The notes beneath the pieces are model-generated. The model made no database searches and was not told the DNA's origin. It saw only the letters and a program-made list of their open reading frames with translations. From Candidatus Obscuribacteraceae bacterium (GTDB taxonomy: Bacteria; Cyanobacteriota; Vampirovibrionia; Obscuribacterales; Obscuribacteraceae): a DNA stretch of 64,000 nt. The stretch covers positions 128,001-192,000 of the forward strand of contig JBGAHS010000001.1 in NCBI GenBank assembly GCA_044226015.1. The letters are read 5' to 3'. How positions within the stretch are numbered: position 1 is the first letter of the stretch; every line of letters begins with the position of its first letter. This document shows, piece after piece, positions 18,201-26,937 of the stretch. A program made the position numbers and the translations under genes.

Positions 18201-21200
18201 TGGGGAATTATCTCTCAGTTCGGGATTTCTTTCAAAAATTACGACGCAACAACTGTTTTGTTGTGCCCCCACAACACTTTTTATTATGCCTACGGCGAGT
18301 TCCGCGGGCTCGATTACCCTGAGAAGTGATTTGGATTTGTCTGGCGGTTCTGCAACTGCTTATCCCGGCGACATCCCTGGAAACTACCAGCTTACACTTT
18401 TCGTAAACGATGCATTCCATCAAAACGGTCATTCTATAAAAGTCGGGCAGTCCTCCGGATTATCAATTTATCCTTTGAACTTTCTACAACAGGGAACAGT
18501 TGAATTGAATTCAATTTCCGGACCAGTGGATTCGGCTTTCACCCTGGGCAATTTCAAAACATTAGTTTTCAATGCTGGTACCTTTAAGGGTCTGGTATGG
18601 GATATGACTGTGGTTGCCAAAGATCCGATTCAAGTGAATGGTGATGTAACCTTCGATACGAGTTTAAGCGTTGGGTCGCGAATTGTTGCCGGCTCTGCAG
18701 CGCCGTCATTGCATTTCTTGCAGCAAAGCACCATTAATGGTGATGTCGATCTCAGGTTCGCTGATAGTGATGGGGGCAGCTTTGAGTTCGTTGCAGGCAG
18801 CATCAATGGTTCTATTCTGACTGATGGAGCAGCGGGGAAAAAGGCTGGCAACGTTTCGTTTTCCGGCAATTACCTGCAGGGCAGTATTTCTGCCGCTGGT
18901 GCTGGAGCCACACCTGGAACTGTAGCGATAGTTGAAGCAGGTTCATTGCGCATAGCCAATGATGCAAGCTCAACCATTCAGTCTATTAGCGGTGGAAAAG
19001 TGTCTTTGTTTGCACAGTTGGGAATTGAAGTACTGGGAAGTGCTCTAACTAGCACAAGTTTGGAAATTTATTCGCAGACCAAGCTCTCTGTTTTGAAAGG
19101 GTCCCCGTTATCTTCCTCTGGAGATGTGACCTTACGGGCCGAACAGATTATTAGCACAGAGCAAATTATTGCAGGCAGTGGAAGTGGCAATTTAACTGTA
19201 GCTCCGTTTCTTGATAATTCCACTATTGGTATTAATGCTGGTGCAGGAACCTTCCAAGTCTCTTCGTCTTTGACTTCTTTGTTCTCCGCCGGGAAAGTAA
19301 CGATTGGCACCGCGAATGGGGTCGGCGCAATAGAGTTAAATTCTGTGGGCGGGTCATTCAAGGCTCCGTGGAATCTGTCAATTCTGAGTGCTACTAATAG
19401 CGCGACAAACAGTTTCAAGAACAATGGTGTCATTGATGTGGCAGCGCACGATCTTACAGTGCAGGTGGGAGGTCAGGTTTTAACTGGACAGATTACTTCT
19501 GCAAACACCGCCAGCATAAATGTCACGGCCAGTAAATTTACTGTTGGATCGAAAGAATCTGTTTCTAGCGGGGCTATTCAAATATCGGGAGCCGCAGGCT
19601 CTAGTCTTGAAATTGATAACGCGGGAAAAATTTCATCCACTGGTGCTGGCGGCATAACTGTGTCCAGCGCGGCAGGAAGCGACATCAAGTTCACTTCGAA
19701 GACGGGAACCTTCAGTTCGCCTTCGGGTCTGGTGATTGCTCTGGTTCCTCTTGCAAATACCCCGAACAAAGTCGAATTTGCAGCAAATCAATCTTTGTTC
19801 GCTAACACAACTGTGAATGCTAGCTCTGGCGGGCAATCTGTCGTGATAGATGCTGGGGTCAAAATCAATCTGCCAAGCAACTATACTATGACTGTAAATA
19901 CCAGTGATTTCTCGAGTTCGGGCAGTGTAGGCCCTGGCAAACTGATCTTAAATAGCACCGTTCCTGCGGTCTATCAAAATCCTAGTGGCTCTGTGACCCT
20001 GAGCAATTTCCATTTTACCGGGCCTTCGCTGACAATAATTGCAAGTCAGGATATCATCGTAAGTGGCACCAAAAACTCAGTCACTATTGATGAGGGGTCA
20101 GGAAATAGCGGACCTATTTTACTGCTCGCCGGATATCAGTATACTGAGTCGTTACTTTCAGGTAGTCCGCTATTCACTATTGTTTCTGCATCTTCGAAGC
20201 CTGGAAAAATTTCTATGGGTAGCCTTGGGCTTAGCACCATCGCGGCTAACTCGTCGGGGAATGTAAGTGCCATCGCCAGCGGAAGCATCTCTCTGGGAGC
20301 TGTGAACGCAACTTCACCGGGGACGGCTGGTTCAGTTAGCATTCTTGGGAATGGAATTTCGGTTGGCGATGTTAAGTCTGGAGGTTCTGTTTCAGGCTCT
20401 GTTTCCATCTCTTCCGGAACTGTTGCTTCTGTTGGATCCGTGCAGGTCTCTGCAGGCAAAATAAGCAGCGGAGCCTTTCAAACAGCTACACCAGGCGGAA
20501 ACATATCGCTCAAGTCCATAAATGCTGGGTCTGGGTCTGTTTCATTGTTAACTGGTGGTTCTGGCAATATCTCGCAATCGCAGCCCGTTAGTTGTGGCTA
20601 TCTTTCTGTCACCACGGGCAGTGCTGGTGTAAATCTAAAGGTTGCAGCTGATAAGGTAGCTGTTCATACTGGCGGTAGTGCCACCATAACCAACACAGTC
20701 CAGATGGATTTTGCTGATTCCAATGTTGCGGGAAGTTTGAAGCTTACTTCGAGTGGTGCTGTTGTTGCTGGTGCTGCGGCGCTTGTGGCAGGGAAAGACC
20801 TGAAAATTAGTGCTGCGCTTGTAACTCTTTCGGGGACTACTCTAAGCTCGAACAACGGTTCGATCTCGGTCGAGAGTCAAAAAGGTTTAGCATTAACGAT
20901 TGGCGACAATTGCAGCATCAAAGCTGCGAAGAGTGTTTCGCTAACAGCGTTAGATGTTCAATTCTCAGATAATGTGTCGATTTCAGCTGGGAATAATGTT
21001 GCTATTACTGCATCAGGAAGCGACTCGTTTATTTATTTTGGTAATGCAAATACCATTACGGCAGGCACATTGAATAAAGCATCCACGATTCCAGTCTCTC
21101 CTTTGCCGCTCGTGAAAACTAGCAACCCTGCGACCTCAAACATAGGCAGTGCTGGTTATATAAAAATGAGTGCTTCCGGAACTCAGGGTATTTCAGGATT

Positions 21201-22929
21201 GTCCGGCAACACCTTTACGAGTAACGGTGGCGATATTAATTTCACGTCCAGCAAGGGCGATATCAGTCTGGGAGATTCGAGTACGGTCCAGGTTAATGGC
21301 GGGTCTCTGATTATGTCAGCTAAAGGTGCTTCGGTTGATATCGGAAAAAATACTGTAGGTAGTTCGCTGACCGCACGAACTCTGAATAACGCCAGTGGAA
21401 ACGTGACCATAACTGGACAAAATCTGACTTTGAGTAAAGTCGATATCGCAGCAGGTTCTTCCGTGTCAATCACATCAACTCCTGTTTCTGGTAAGACTTT
21501 GAGTAGTGCAACAATTGTTGGTGGTACCTTGCAGTCCAACAAAACTGTTGCATTGTCAGCTAATGGAGTTAGTGGAACTCTGAGTGTGGGCGATAACACC
21601 ACCATTGTTACGGGAGTTACGTTTGGCTCGGCTATAGGAGCTGGTGGGCTCAATTTGAGTTCAGGTGGAACAGTACAAATCGGCAGCAAATCAAGTCTAT
21701 CCTCTAATGGTGGAGATTTGAAAGTTGTCGCTAACAATGGTGACGTGCAGATTGGCTCACAAAACAGTTTTGTGGCAACGGGTGGCAATATTTTGGTTTT
21801 TGCCAAGGCTGATATCGAAGGACAGAATTCTAACAGTTTTCACGCCACCGCTAGTGGTAGTCCCTCCGCTCCCGCGCAGAGCAAGGGCGGTGGAATAGAA
21901 ATTGGTGCTGGTTTGACTTCTAGTACAAATCTCAACGCAGCGATGAATAAGCATAATGTGGGAACTGGCGTAAATCCTCCAGCAGGCGCACTGGGCGCGG
22001 GGGTAGTGTATGGACCTTCGAACAATAAAGGTGGAGTGATACAAGCTAATGTCAGTGGCGCGGGTAGTTTCATTAACCTGAATGCTGGTGCTAATGGACC
22101 TTCCACGTTGTTATTGAACAAGGGTGCGCAAGTATTTGATTCGAAAAATGGAAGTCACGTGAACTTAGACCATTCGAGTTTTCAGACGGATGCTTTCAAG
22201 CCCATAGGGATGACTGAGTCTTCTATGCTAGAACGCGTTTCAAGCTATGAGCTTGAACCCGATAGGAGCATAACTACTGGCGCAGGATTAGCAGAAGTGC
22301 ACATAGTCGAGGGTCGCGATGGTTCTCGTAACTGCGAGTTGCTGATCTCCACTAAGCCAAGTGGAAAGAACTCAACAGTCATTGGCAGGATCTTTTCAGC
22401 CTCTAATAGCGAATATTCAGTTTCTAAATCTGGTGGTTTGTATGTTCATCGTGGTGAGATGTTTGCCCACATTTCGGAGAATATTCGAATTGACGCCCGA
22501 GATATTAGCATCGCGGCTCAGAAGGGTAGCGTGCTTGCTGTCAGGCTTGAAGACGATTCTACAATCGTTAGAGCTTGCACCGGCGTGGGTGAATTGTTAG
22601 TTGAAGTTGATGGACATCTAATCAGGCTTAATTCGGGAGAGGAAATCGCAATCTCTGCAGTCAGAGGTACTCGTCATTTTGCGCAACCTTTAGATGGCGT
22701 GGCAAGGCGAAATAGCAAGGTGCTGAACCTTGGCTCTCATGTTGTGAGGATCAGTGATTTTTCGATAATCTCCTTCCTTATGAAAGAACGCGCACCAAAC
22801 AGTTTGTTCCGTTCGTCCAATAAAGCAGATAAGCAGTTACTAGCAAAGGTTCTAAAGACTGCTGCAACTGTTGACACCGTATTAAAAAATCGCGGTGCGT
22901 ATTTCGTCTCGAACAATAGTAGTTTGTAG
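15250..22929 (+). CDS. Giant secreted filamentous-haemagglutinin-like beta-helical protein with FecR-like C-terminal domain (2559 aa)
   Basis: Signal peptide ending LAARA-Q; G/S/N/T-rich beta-strand repeats (NNLVNAGTI, SGDPTFWNAGGDV, GGNILVFA); distinct ~245-aa C-terminal domain. Confidence 0.8.
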   Translation: MSKAKFYCTLLALMHIFPLAARAQGRPGSTLTPATNLNLSSTQQNVPASSSGSIMVGGHASHGSIVGATTVPIAKGQLLTPAENLALSQALAGTQRLILDATGAAIAGRVAVSPMVNNNSIFVGTSLSSIVVPKGVTLSAIGFNGGSPMNVAGDASISGKVYALQTLPGLSAVLNFANDLRVEAGGVLSALAPAGASFAGLFSSQNLNINVANNLVNAGTIRSGGELNLNVGGVLSNIATGQSVGTLQAQNLNIFSTSGTIVNSGLMNALDSVSITTSNASGRLSINNNSGVIQALNSIALGGASNLSAVSLKVDGGSLLSDQLNIVAGTGTVELSVNNISGQTNLSAGCAYVYTKDAPMLRLGKIDISGDPTFWNAGGDVTIGGDITYSSADIGIIASRDIYTTGGGTYKLDSNSSGTGSGSITLIAGANITTPGSGSADNSTTVSYKGASSTGGNIILETGVTDSFGNTSSGSVSLISTSSSANAGNIKLIAFGNSSHGGAIAASSTALQSSSAAGNNNGSVTVIGGDTSAENIGVRLGSVDASGGTGVGSGTVALANASVNDNGGGSVTDGALTGTFTAGALQTVGVSTESIVAYGNITVSAASSSMTIKSVASSTGTVTLQNSGGITVTKTVQAGGDVFVSANGDSNSKISISSGATVSSKSGTVTLDTAYLENNGVVGGDAATGVKVQNSNGVSLSIAGVGTLNSGKAGSNTAISTIFLTLIDGMKQTVSNGNSVAISAGYAQVSGTSEFVGTGKLTMPGLANATGDGTLKTGGDADIALGDFASVTLGVALYAQGTINIRLNSGFESSKPAGTTFLASDKQINIELACCSSIYGVSAPEISFDVSSNIDLLITTPGTTTIAGNFNDNGGNIRSNNSVIVGTVNGINGITNVNQILFIDTSLGTGSLTVNQPVSPSGETILNLSSADLTINVPITGYHSVGLVGDSIKLGASAFISTTHAVGIAPLTAGRDVSLNGSAPGELSLSSGFLSKITTQQLFCCAPTTLFIMPTASSAGSITLRSDLDLSGGSATAYPGDIPGNYQLTLFVNDAFHQNGHSIKVGQSSGLSIYPLNFLQQGTVELNSISGPVDSAFTLGNFKTLVFNAGTFKGLVWDMTVVAKDPIQVNGDVTFDTSLSVGSRIVAGSAAPSLHFLQQSTINGDVDLRFADSDGGSFEFVAGSINGSILTDGAAGKKAGNVSFSGNYLQGSISAAGAGATPGTVAIVEAGSLRIANDASSTIQSISGGKVSLFAQLGIEVLGSALTSTSLEIYSQTKLSVLKGSPLSSSGDVTLRAEQIISTEQIIAGSGSGNLTVAPFLDNSTIGINAGAGTFQVSSSLTSLFSAGKVTIGTANGVGAIELNSVGGSFKAPWNLSILSATNSATNSFKNNGVIDVAAHDLTVQVGGQVLTGQITSANTASINVTASKFTVGSKESVSSGAIQISGAAGSSLEIDNAGKISSTGAGGITVSSAAGSDIKFTSKTGTFSSPSGLVIALVPLANTPNKVEFAANQSLFANTTVNASSGGQSVVIDAGVKINLPSNYTMTVNTSDFSSSGSVGPGKLILNSTVPAVYQNPSGSVTLSNFHFTGPSLTIIASQDIIVSGTKNSVTIDEGSGNSGPILLLAGYQYTESLLSGSPLFTIVSASSKPGKISMGSLGLSTIAANSSGNVSAIASGSISLGAVNATSPGTAGSVSILGNGISVGDVKSGGSVSGSVSISSGTVASVGSVQVSAGKISSGAFQTATPGGNISLKSINAGSGSVSLLTGGSGNISQSQPVSCGYLSVTTGSAGVNLKVAADKVAVHTGGSATITNTVQMDFADSNVAGSLKLTSSGAVVAGAAALVAGKDLKISAALVTLSGTTLSSNNGSISVESQKGLALTIGDNCSIKAAKSVSLTALDVQFSDNVSISAGNNVAITASGSDSFIYFGNANTITAGTLNKASTIPVSPLPLVKTSNPATSNIGSAGYIKMSASGTQGISGLSGNTFTSNGGDINFTSSKGDISLGDSSTVQVNGGSLIMSAKGASVDIGKNTVGSSLTARTLNNASGNVTITGQNLTLSKVDIAAGSSVSITSTPVSGKTLSSATIVGGTLQSNKTVALSANGVSGTLSVGDNTTIVTGVTFGSAIGAGGLNLSSGGTVQIGSKSSLSSNGGDLKVVANNGDVQIGSQNSFVATGGNILVFAKADIEGQNSNSFHATASGSPSAPAQSKGGGIEIGAGLTSSTNLNAAMNKHNVGTGVNPPAGALGAGVVYGPSNNKGGVIQANVSGAGSFINLNAGANGPSTLLLNKGAQVFDSKNGSHVNLDHSSFQTDAFKPIGMTESSMLERVSSYELEPDRSITTGAGLAEVHIVEGRDGSRNCELLISTKPSGKNSTVIGRIFSASNSEYSVSKSGGLYVHRGEMFAHISENIRIDARDISIAAQKGSVLAVRLEDDSTIVRACTGVGELLVEVDGHLIRLNSGEEIAISAVRGTRHFAQPLDGVARRNSKVLNLGSHVVRISDFSIISFLMKERAPNSLFRSSNKADKQLLAKVLKTAATVDTVLKNRGAYFVSNNSSL

Positions 22930-22943
22930 AGGTTAGAGAGAGA

Positions 22944-23687
22944 ATGCCCGACGAGATGTTTTGGCAAGTGCACAGTGGACTGCCACGCGAAGGTCCTGGC
23001 GACAACGATTCTACAGGTAGAGCTTTTGCAATGATGGCCGCGCTGCCGTCAACACCCTGTATATTGGATATTGCGTGTGGACCGGGCATGCAGACTATAC
23101 ATCTGGCGCAAATCAGCAAAGGAAAAGTCACGGCGGTAGACAATCATCAGCCATTTCTTGATGAGCTTAATAAGCGTGCCAGAGAGGCTCGAATTGACGA
23201 GCAAATCGAAACCGTGAATGCCTCTATGTTTGACTTGCCTTTTGCGGAAAATTCATTTGATGTAATATGGTGTGAGGGTGCTCTCTATATGATGGGCATC
23301 GAAGGTGCTCTATCAGGCTGGCGAAGGTTTTTGAAGTCGCAGGCTTATATCGCTTTTACTGAACCGGTTTTCTTGAGCAATGAAATTTCTGATGAGGTGC
23401 GTAAGCACTGGGTGGATGATTACCCACTAATGGGTGATGTCGAAAATGCCTTGGGTATAATTGCATCTGCCGGATACGCCACAATTGGTCATTTTACTAT
23501 TCCAGATGAGTCCTGGTGGCATGACTATTACAATCCAATGCAGCTGCGGATAAATCAGCTGCGCGAAAAATATAGCGGCGACCCTGGGCGCATACTGGCA
23601 CTCGATGATGCACAGAAGGAAATAGATGCACATCGCAAATTTGGCGCTGCATACGGCTATGAGTTCTTTGTCGTGCAAAAACAATAA
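22944..23687 (+). CDS. Class I SAM-dependent methyltransferase
   Basis: ILDIACGPG, VTAVD, SFDVIWCEGA and YGYEFFV motifs. Confidence 0.9.
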   Translation: MPDEMFWQVHSGLPREGPGDNDSTGRAFAMMAALPSTPCILDIACGPGMQTIHLAQISKGKVTAVDNHQPFLDELNKRAREARIDEQIETVNASMFDLPFAENSFDVIWCEGALYMMGIEGALSGWRRFLKSQAYIAFTEPVFLSNEISDEVRKHWVDDYPLMGDVENALGIIASAGYATIGHFTIPDESWWHDYYNPMQLRINQLREKYSGDPGRILALDDAQKEIDAHRKFGAAYGYEFFVVQKQ

Positions 23688-23779
23688 ATCTAGCTGACCC
23701 TGGGGCTTAATTCAATCTAGCCGACCCTGGGGCTTAATTCAATCTAGCCGACCAGAGACTTATTCAGGCTAGCGACCTG
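23687..23779. repeat. 27-bp intergenic tandem repeat (~3.5 copies)
   Basis: AATCTAGCYGACCCTGGGGCTTAATTC at 23687 and 23714, degenerate at 23741 and ~23766. Confidence 0.85.
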
Positions 23780-23806
23780 AGGCGGAATTGGATTTGAGCA
23801 ACAAGT

Positions 23807-25063
23807 TCAGTGTTTGAACAATCCAAAGAATGTTGCGGCGCCAAGAGCGATTAGTAGCACCACCATAATGGCTAAGACAGTTCCGCCTATCATGAGTGCC
23901 TTTTGCATTTTTTGAATTGCAAGACCTTGCTCCATCTCGGCTTGCTGCATTCGCAAGAGTGCTTCGAGCTGCGCGTGCAATTGAGCAATGCTGTCTGCTC
24001 TATAACTTGGATCTTTCTCAAGACATTTCTCGACTAAAGCCTCCAGTTGTTTAGGGCGCGTGTTGTCAAACTTCGCATCGCAAATTCGTGGGGGTAATTT
24101 TAGCGCATGCAAATTCTTTATCTCGCGCGCATTGCCGTCACTGAAAGGTGCCTGTCCCGTAAGAAGCAAATAACCGATGCTTCCAATCGAGTAAATTTCA
24201 GATCTTTCGGTGTAGTCCATGTTTCTTGCTTCATCAGCAGAGATATAAAACAGATCTCTAGCATCAGCGGCATCTTCCAAAACATCGCCTTTGTACATAG
24301 CAAAATCGGTTAACAAAATTGTCGGGTCTGAATTTCTATCGTCGTAGAAAAGCACGTTGCCAGGCTTTATATTCCGATGGAGAATACCTTGCTTTTGAGC
24401 TGCAAGAATTGCTTCGCATATTCCAGCCATTATCTTTGTGCTCACGTCATGGCTTGGAGTTCCATAACACGCTAAGCATTGTTCAAGATTCATTGCTTCT
24501 TTGTAATCGGTCACCACATATGGTGTGCCGGCGCTGCTCATTCCGAAGTCGATGATTTTTACAATGCTGCTGTGATTAAGCTGTTGTAGTTTCTTTGACT
24601 CGTTCAGGAATGAAGCTTGCAATGCTGCTGGTAAGCGCTTGAAGCACTTCACCGCGACTTTTCCGCCGCGTACTTTATCTCTCGCTAGAATTACTGTGGC
24701 TCTTCCACCGTCGCCCAGAATTCCAATTGGCGAATATCGCTCTAAAGGAAAGTTTGCCGCAGTCATTCTTAGAGAAGCAATGTCAAACTCAAGCGCGTCC
24801 TTCTCTGTTGCTTTAATTTGGGATGGAGCTTTTCTTGCTGCAGGATTCAAACACGAGCATATTCCGCTGACTGCCTGCATGGTATTTGCAGCTGGTGGAA
24901 CTGGCTGTTTGCAGGTATCGCAGACATCGAGTGAAAACCTGGTACTGGGCGAATATGGACGGTCGCATCTACAGTTGGAAAACCACTGTGAATCTATTTG
25001 ATTTGTTGGACCGGGCTTTGGTCGAAAACAAGTCTTGCATTTTTCGACAGTAGCAATCTCCAT
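23807..25063 (-). CDS. Hanks-type Ser/Thr kinase-like protein (probable pseudokinase) with Cys-rich N-terminus and C-terminal TM
   Basis: LGDGGRATV, VAVK, HRNIKPGN, TDFA and EIYSIG subdomain motifs; N-terminal CKTC/CRC/CDTC/CSC. Confidence 0.85.
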   Translation of the reverse strand: MEIATVEKCKTCFRPKPGPTNQIDSQWFSNCRCDRPYSPSTRFSLDVCDTCKQPVPPAANTMQAVSGICSCLNPAARKAPSQIKATEKDALEFDIASLRMTAANFPLERYSPIGILGDGGRATVILARDKVRGGKVAVKCFKRLPAALQASFLNESKKLQQLNHSSIVKIIDFGMSSAGTPYVVTDYKEAMNLEQCLACYGTPSHDVSTKIMAGICEAILAAQKQGILHRNIKPGNVLFYDDRNSDPTILLTDFAMYKGDVLEDAADARDLFYISADEARNMDYTERSEIYSIGSIGYLLLTGQAPFSDGNAREIKNLHALKLPPRICDAKFDNTRPKQLEALVEKCLEKDPSYRADSIAQLHAQLEALLRMQQAEMEQGLAIQKMQKALMIGGTVLAIMVVLLIALGAATFFGLFKH

Positions 25064-25152
25064 GGCATCTCACTCGGCATCCGTCTGTAATTTCGCATAA
25101 GATTACCACTTATCGATGAAATTTTGATTCAATAAAAGACAGATTTGTCCGT

Positions 25153-26127
25153 CTATGCTTGCTCATTTACTTGTGTTGCAGGAATATTGTTACCCAGAAA
25201 TTGCACGTGCTCCCAGAGCCATGTTCGTGTCTTTGCCGCTGCCCATTCTATGTCTCTGGCAGGAATGAATATGACAAGGCTAGCAATCATTATGTGTTCA
25301 AATATTGGAATGTTCATTGCATAGTCAATTCCAAGGTGGAGTGCAAGCAATGCCAACAAGACAAAATAACGTGTCTCGTTGAACCAGATTAGCGTCCAAC
25401 CAGCAAACTCAATGAAGAGTGCTGACCATGTGAAGAGCTTCATCAAGAAAAGATTTTGTGGAACAACCGGAACTGTAAATCTGCTGAATTCTGTATGTCT
25501 GAAAACGTAATAAAGCGCTGTTCCATCCCACCAGGTTGAGCCTGCCAATTTTGCCCAGGATGTTTGCCAGTAAATCAACGCAAATTGTAGTTGATATGCC
25601 TGCATCGCCCAAAGGCTAACCGGCTCGGGGGGTCCATCTGGCAGCGTTTTCCAAACATGCACTTTCAAGTACCGGTCAACTGATAGAGCGGCACCAAGTG
25701 GCGCAAACATCATATAAAAAGCCGCGAGCACCATTAAATGGTCGCCACTGTGGTGCACGTAAATATTTCGATGCAAAAATGAAATTAGCCCGAGGTAGAC
25801 AAGAATACTTGCTGTCCGGCTGCAGAAGCCGATGGTGAAGCACACGCAAGAAAGAATGAAGACAAGAAAAAAGGCTATCAGCCATCCATCTCCAGGTGGA
25901 AGTGTTGCTAGGAGATTTATCACAGGCACCGCGAATATGTTCTTAAGGGTGGCGACTCGGAGTATTCCATTGCTGTCGCTGAAGCAGGTGACCAATTCTG
26001 GTGCCATTAGAAAACAGTATTCCAGCAGCACAAATCCGAAGCAGATGCGGAACAAGCACAGCGGTAAAGGTGATTGAGGTTCTAGCCAGAACTGTTTTAT
26101 TTTTGAGATTAATTCAATGATGCTCAC
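25153..26127 (-). CDS. HTTM-domain membrane protein (SdpB / vitamin-K-carboxylase-like family)
   Basis: PLCLFRICFG, HRN...HSGD, QLQFALIYWQTSWAKL...WWDGTALYY and LHLGI motifs. Confidence 0.85.
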   Translation of the reverse strand: MSIIELISKIKQFWLEPQSPLPLCLFRICFGFVLLEYCFLMAPELVTCFSDSNGILRVATLKNIFAVPVINLLATLPPGDGWLIAFFLVFILSCVCFTIGFCSRTASILVYLGLISFLHRNIYVHHSGDHLMVLAAFYMMFAPLGAALSVDRYLKVHVWKTLPDGPPEPVSLWAMQAYQLQFALIYWQTSWAKLAGSTWWDGTALYYVFRHTEFSRFTVPVVPQNLFLMKLFTWSALFIEFAGWTLIWFNETRYFVLLALLALHLGIDYAMNIPIFEHIMIASLVIFIPARDIEWAAAKTRTWLWEHVQFLGNNIPATQVNEQA

Positions 26128-26645
26128 ATCAAATCCTCTGCGCTAATTTGTCCTGTATATAGAATGTTATAACCGTCTTGATTGCTTGCAACTGCCTGTC
26201 CGGGTTCTGGTATCCACTCCCAGTGTCTGACTATAGAAACTTCGACTGGTGGGTTGTTCGGATTTGCATGCAATCGTGCAATATAGCGAACTGCATCGGG
26301 CCAGAGATATGGTTTACTTTCATCGCTAACGCAGTCGTTGCTCCACCGGCGGTATCGTTCTTTGAACATTTTTTCAACAATTCCCAGTTTTTCCATTCGT
26401 GGGAATTCCCACTCTTTGGTGCTGCCATCTTTGAAAGCAATGGTTGCAGTAAGGTATCCGTTGTACTTTCTCGGCTTTTCGAAAACTGACCACCCTTGCC
26501 ATAACCCAAAGAAATTTAGATATCCAATGAATGGTGTAAGCAATTGATCACGCAGAGGACATGCGGGTGAATCCCAGAGAATGACACCAGTGAAGTGCCA
26601 TGCCAAAAACAGCAATATAAGGGGGCCGCGCACCTTCTTCCACAT
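26124..26645 (-). CDS. HTTM-associated partner protein (SdpA/DUF5819-like)
   Basis: N-terminal TM, GYLNFFGLWQGWSVF motif and ERYRRW; stop overlaps the HTTM start (ATGA). Confidence 0.7.
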   Translation of the reverse strand: MWKKVRGPLILLFLAWHFTGVILWDSPACPLRDQLLTPFIGYLNFFGLWQGWSVFEKPRKYNGYLTATIAFKDGSTKEWEFPRMEKLGIVEKMFKERYRRWSNDCVSDESKPYLWPDAVRYIARLHANPNNPPVEVSIVRHWEWIPEPGQAVASNQDGYNILYTGQISAEDLM

Positions 26646-26937
26646 TAGAAGTCTCCTCGAAAGCCTGTCGCCTCAATACGATGCACTGTGACGGGGGGGG
26701 CGTTAATTTAGTTCCATAAAAAAACTGAGAAAAATTGCATATCGCTGAATATGGCAGCCGGAGAGCGTTCTGTTGTCATTAACAAGCACGCTAGTCAGTT
26801 ATCGTCGAAAGAAAAGGCGGAACCACATTGGTGTCTTCGCGTCCTCGCCTACGCAACGACATTTTCAAAATCGTTTGTCAGGCATCCGAACTACAGTACG
26901 AGCAGATCACTTTACGAGCAGAGTAAAAGGTTAGACC

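Noticed and set aside
15250..22929. CdiA/RTX toxin or classical autotransporter
   Set aside because: No GGxGxD nonapeptides, VENN/pre-toxin motif, adjacent TpsB or immunity gene, and no terminal aromatic beta-barrel signature
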